Part shown: positions 63,877 through 64,000 of the stretch, piece after piece
Layout: each line of letters starts with the position of its first letter
Position numbering within the stretch: position 1 is the stretch's first letter
Assembly (NCBI GenBank): GCA_963796275.1
Contig: CAWCKY010000004.1
Span: forward strand, 1,472,001 to 1,536,000
DNA from: an uncultured Acidobacteriota bacterium
Lineage (GTDB): Bacteria; Acidobacteriota; Blastocatellia; RBC074
Length of the DNA: 64,000 nt
Direction of reading: 5' to 3'
Notes under the pieces: generated by a model
The model's input: the letters and a program-made list of their open reading frames with translations, nothing else
Database searches by the model: none
Told to the model about the DNA's origin: nothing
Made by a program: the position numbers and the translations under genes

Positions 63877-64000
63877 ACACCTGTTCGGGAGGCTGTTGAT
63901 CGAATGGAGAAGACGGCACCAAGGTTAACCGTGGTTCCGGTCGTTAAATGGGCAGCGTAAACTGTCCACTTTGCGCGGCTTCTATGATGCGACCATTTTC

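Noticed and set aside
63915-63940. Imperfect palindrome GGCACCAAGGTT-AACCGTGGTTCC near the window end
   Set aside because: Single occurrence with too little downstream context to assign a function.

Overview
GC-rich bacterial chromosome segment. Gene families and intergenic repeats suggest Acidobacteriota (Blastocatellia-like), which is an inference. Positions 1-28.4 kb are core or chromosomal: uxaC (partial), a Tat-exported Gfo/Idh/MocA oxidoreductase, hemG/hemY, an L,D-transpeptidase, larC, a CTAG-flanked MITE, two tandem alpha-2-macroglobulin genes with identical 3' ends, a CinA-like gene, hisS, aspS, mutL, pta, DedA, an HD hydrolase, dusB and tRNA-Phe. From the 3' end of tRNA-Phe to the window end (>35 kb) lies an integrative conjugative element; its integrase and right end are not in the window. 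Its type IV secretion genes form two divergent operons. The leftward one is virB2-B3-B4-B5-B6 plus an excisionase-like gene. The rightward one is virB8-B9-B10, a MoxR-type AAA+ ATPase, a pilin-like gene, virD4, a second pilin-like gene, a ~1800 aa relaxase, two RHH genes and others. A ~9 kb mosaic cargo block bounded by a ~135 bp direct repeat separates the operons. The best candidate for an undescribed system is this conjugation module: no VirB11 is visible, a MoxR-like ATPase follows virB10, two paralogous pseudopilin-like proteins flank virD4, and sigma54-like promoters head both operons. Many genes, mostly in the element, are split by single-base indels. These may be long-read assembly errors rather than true decay. 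All calls come from motif recognition by eye; no database search was run.
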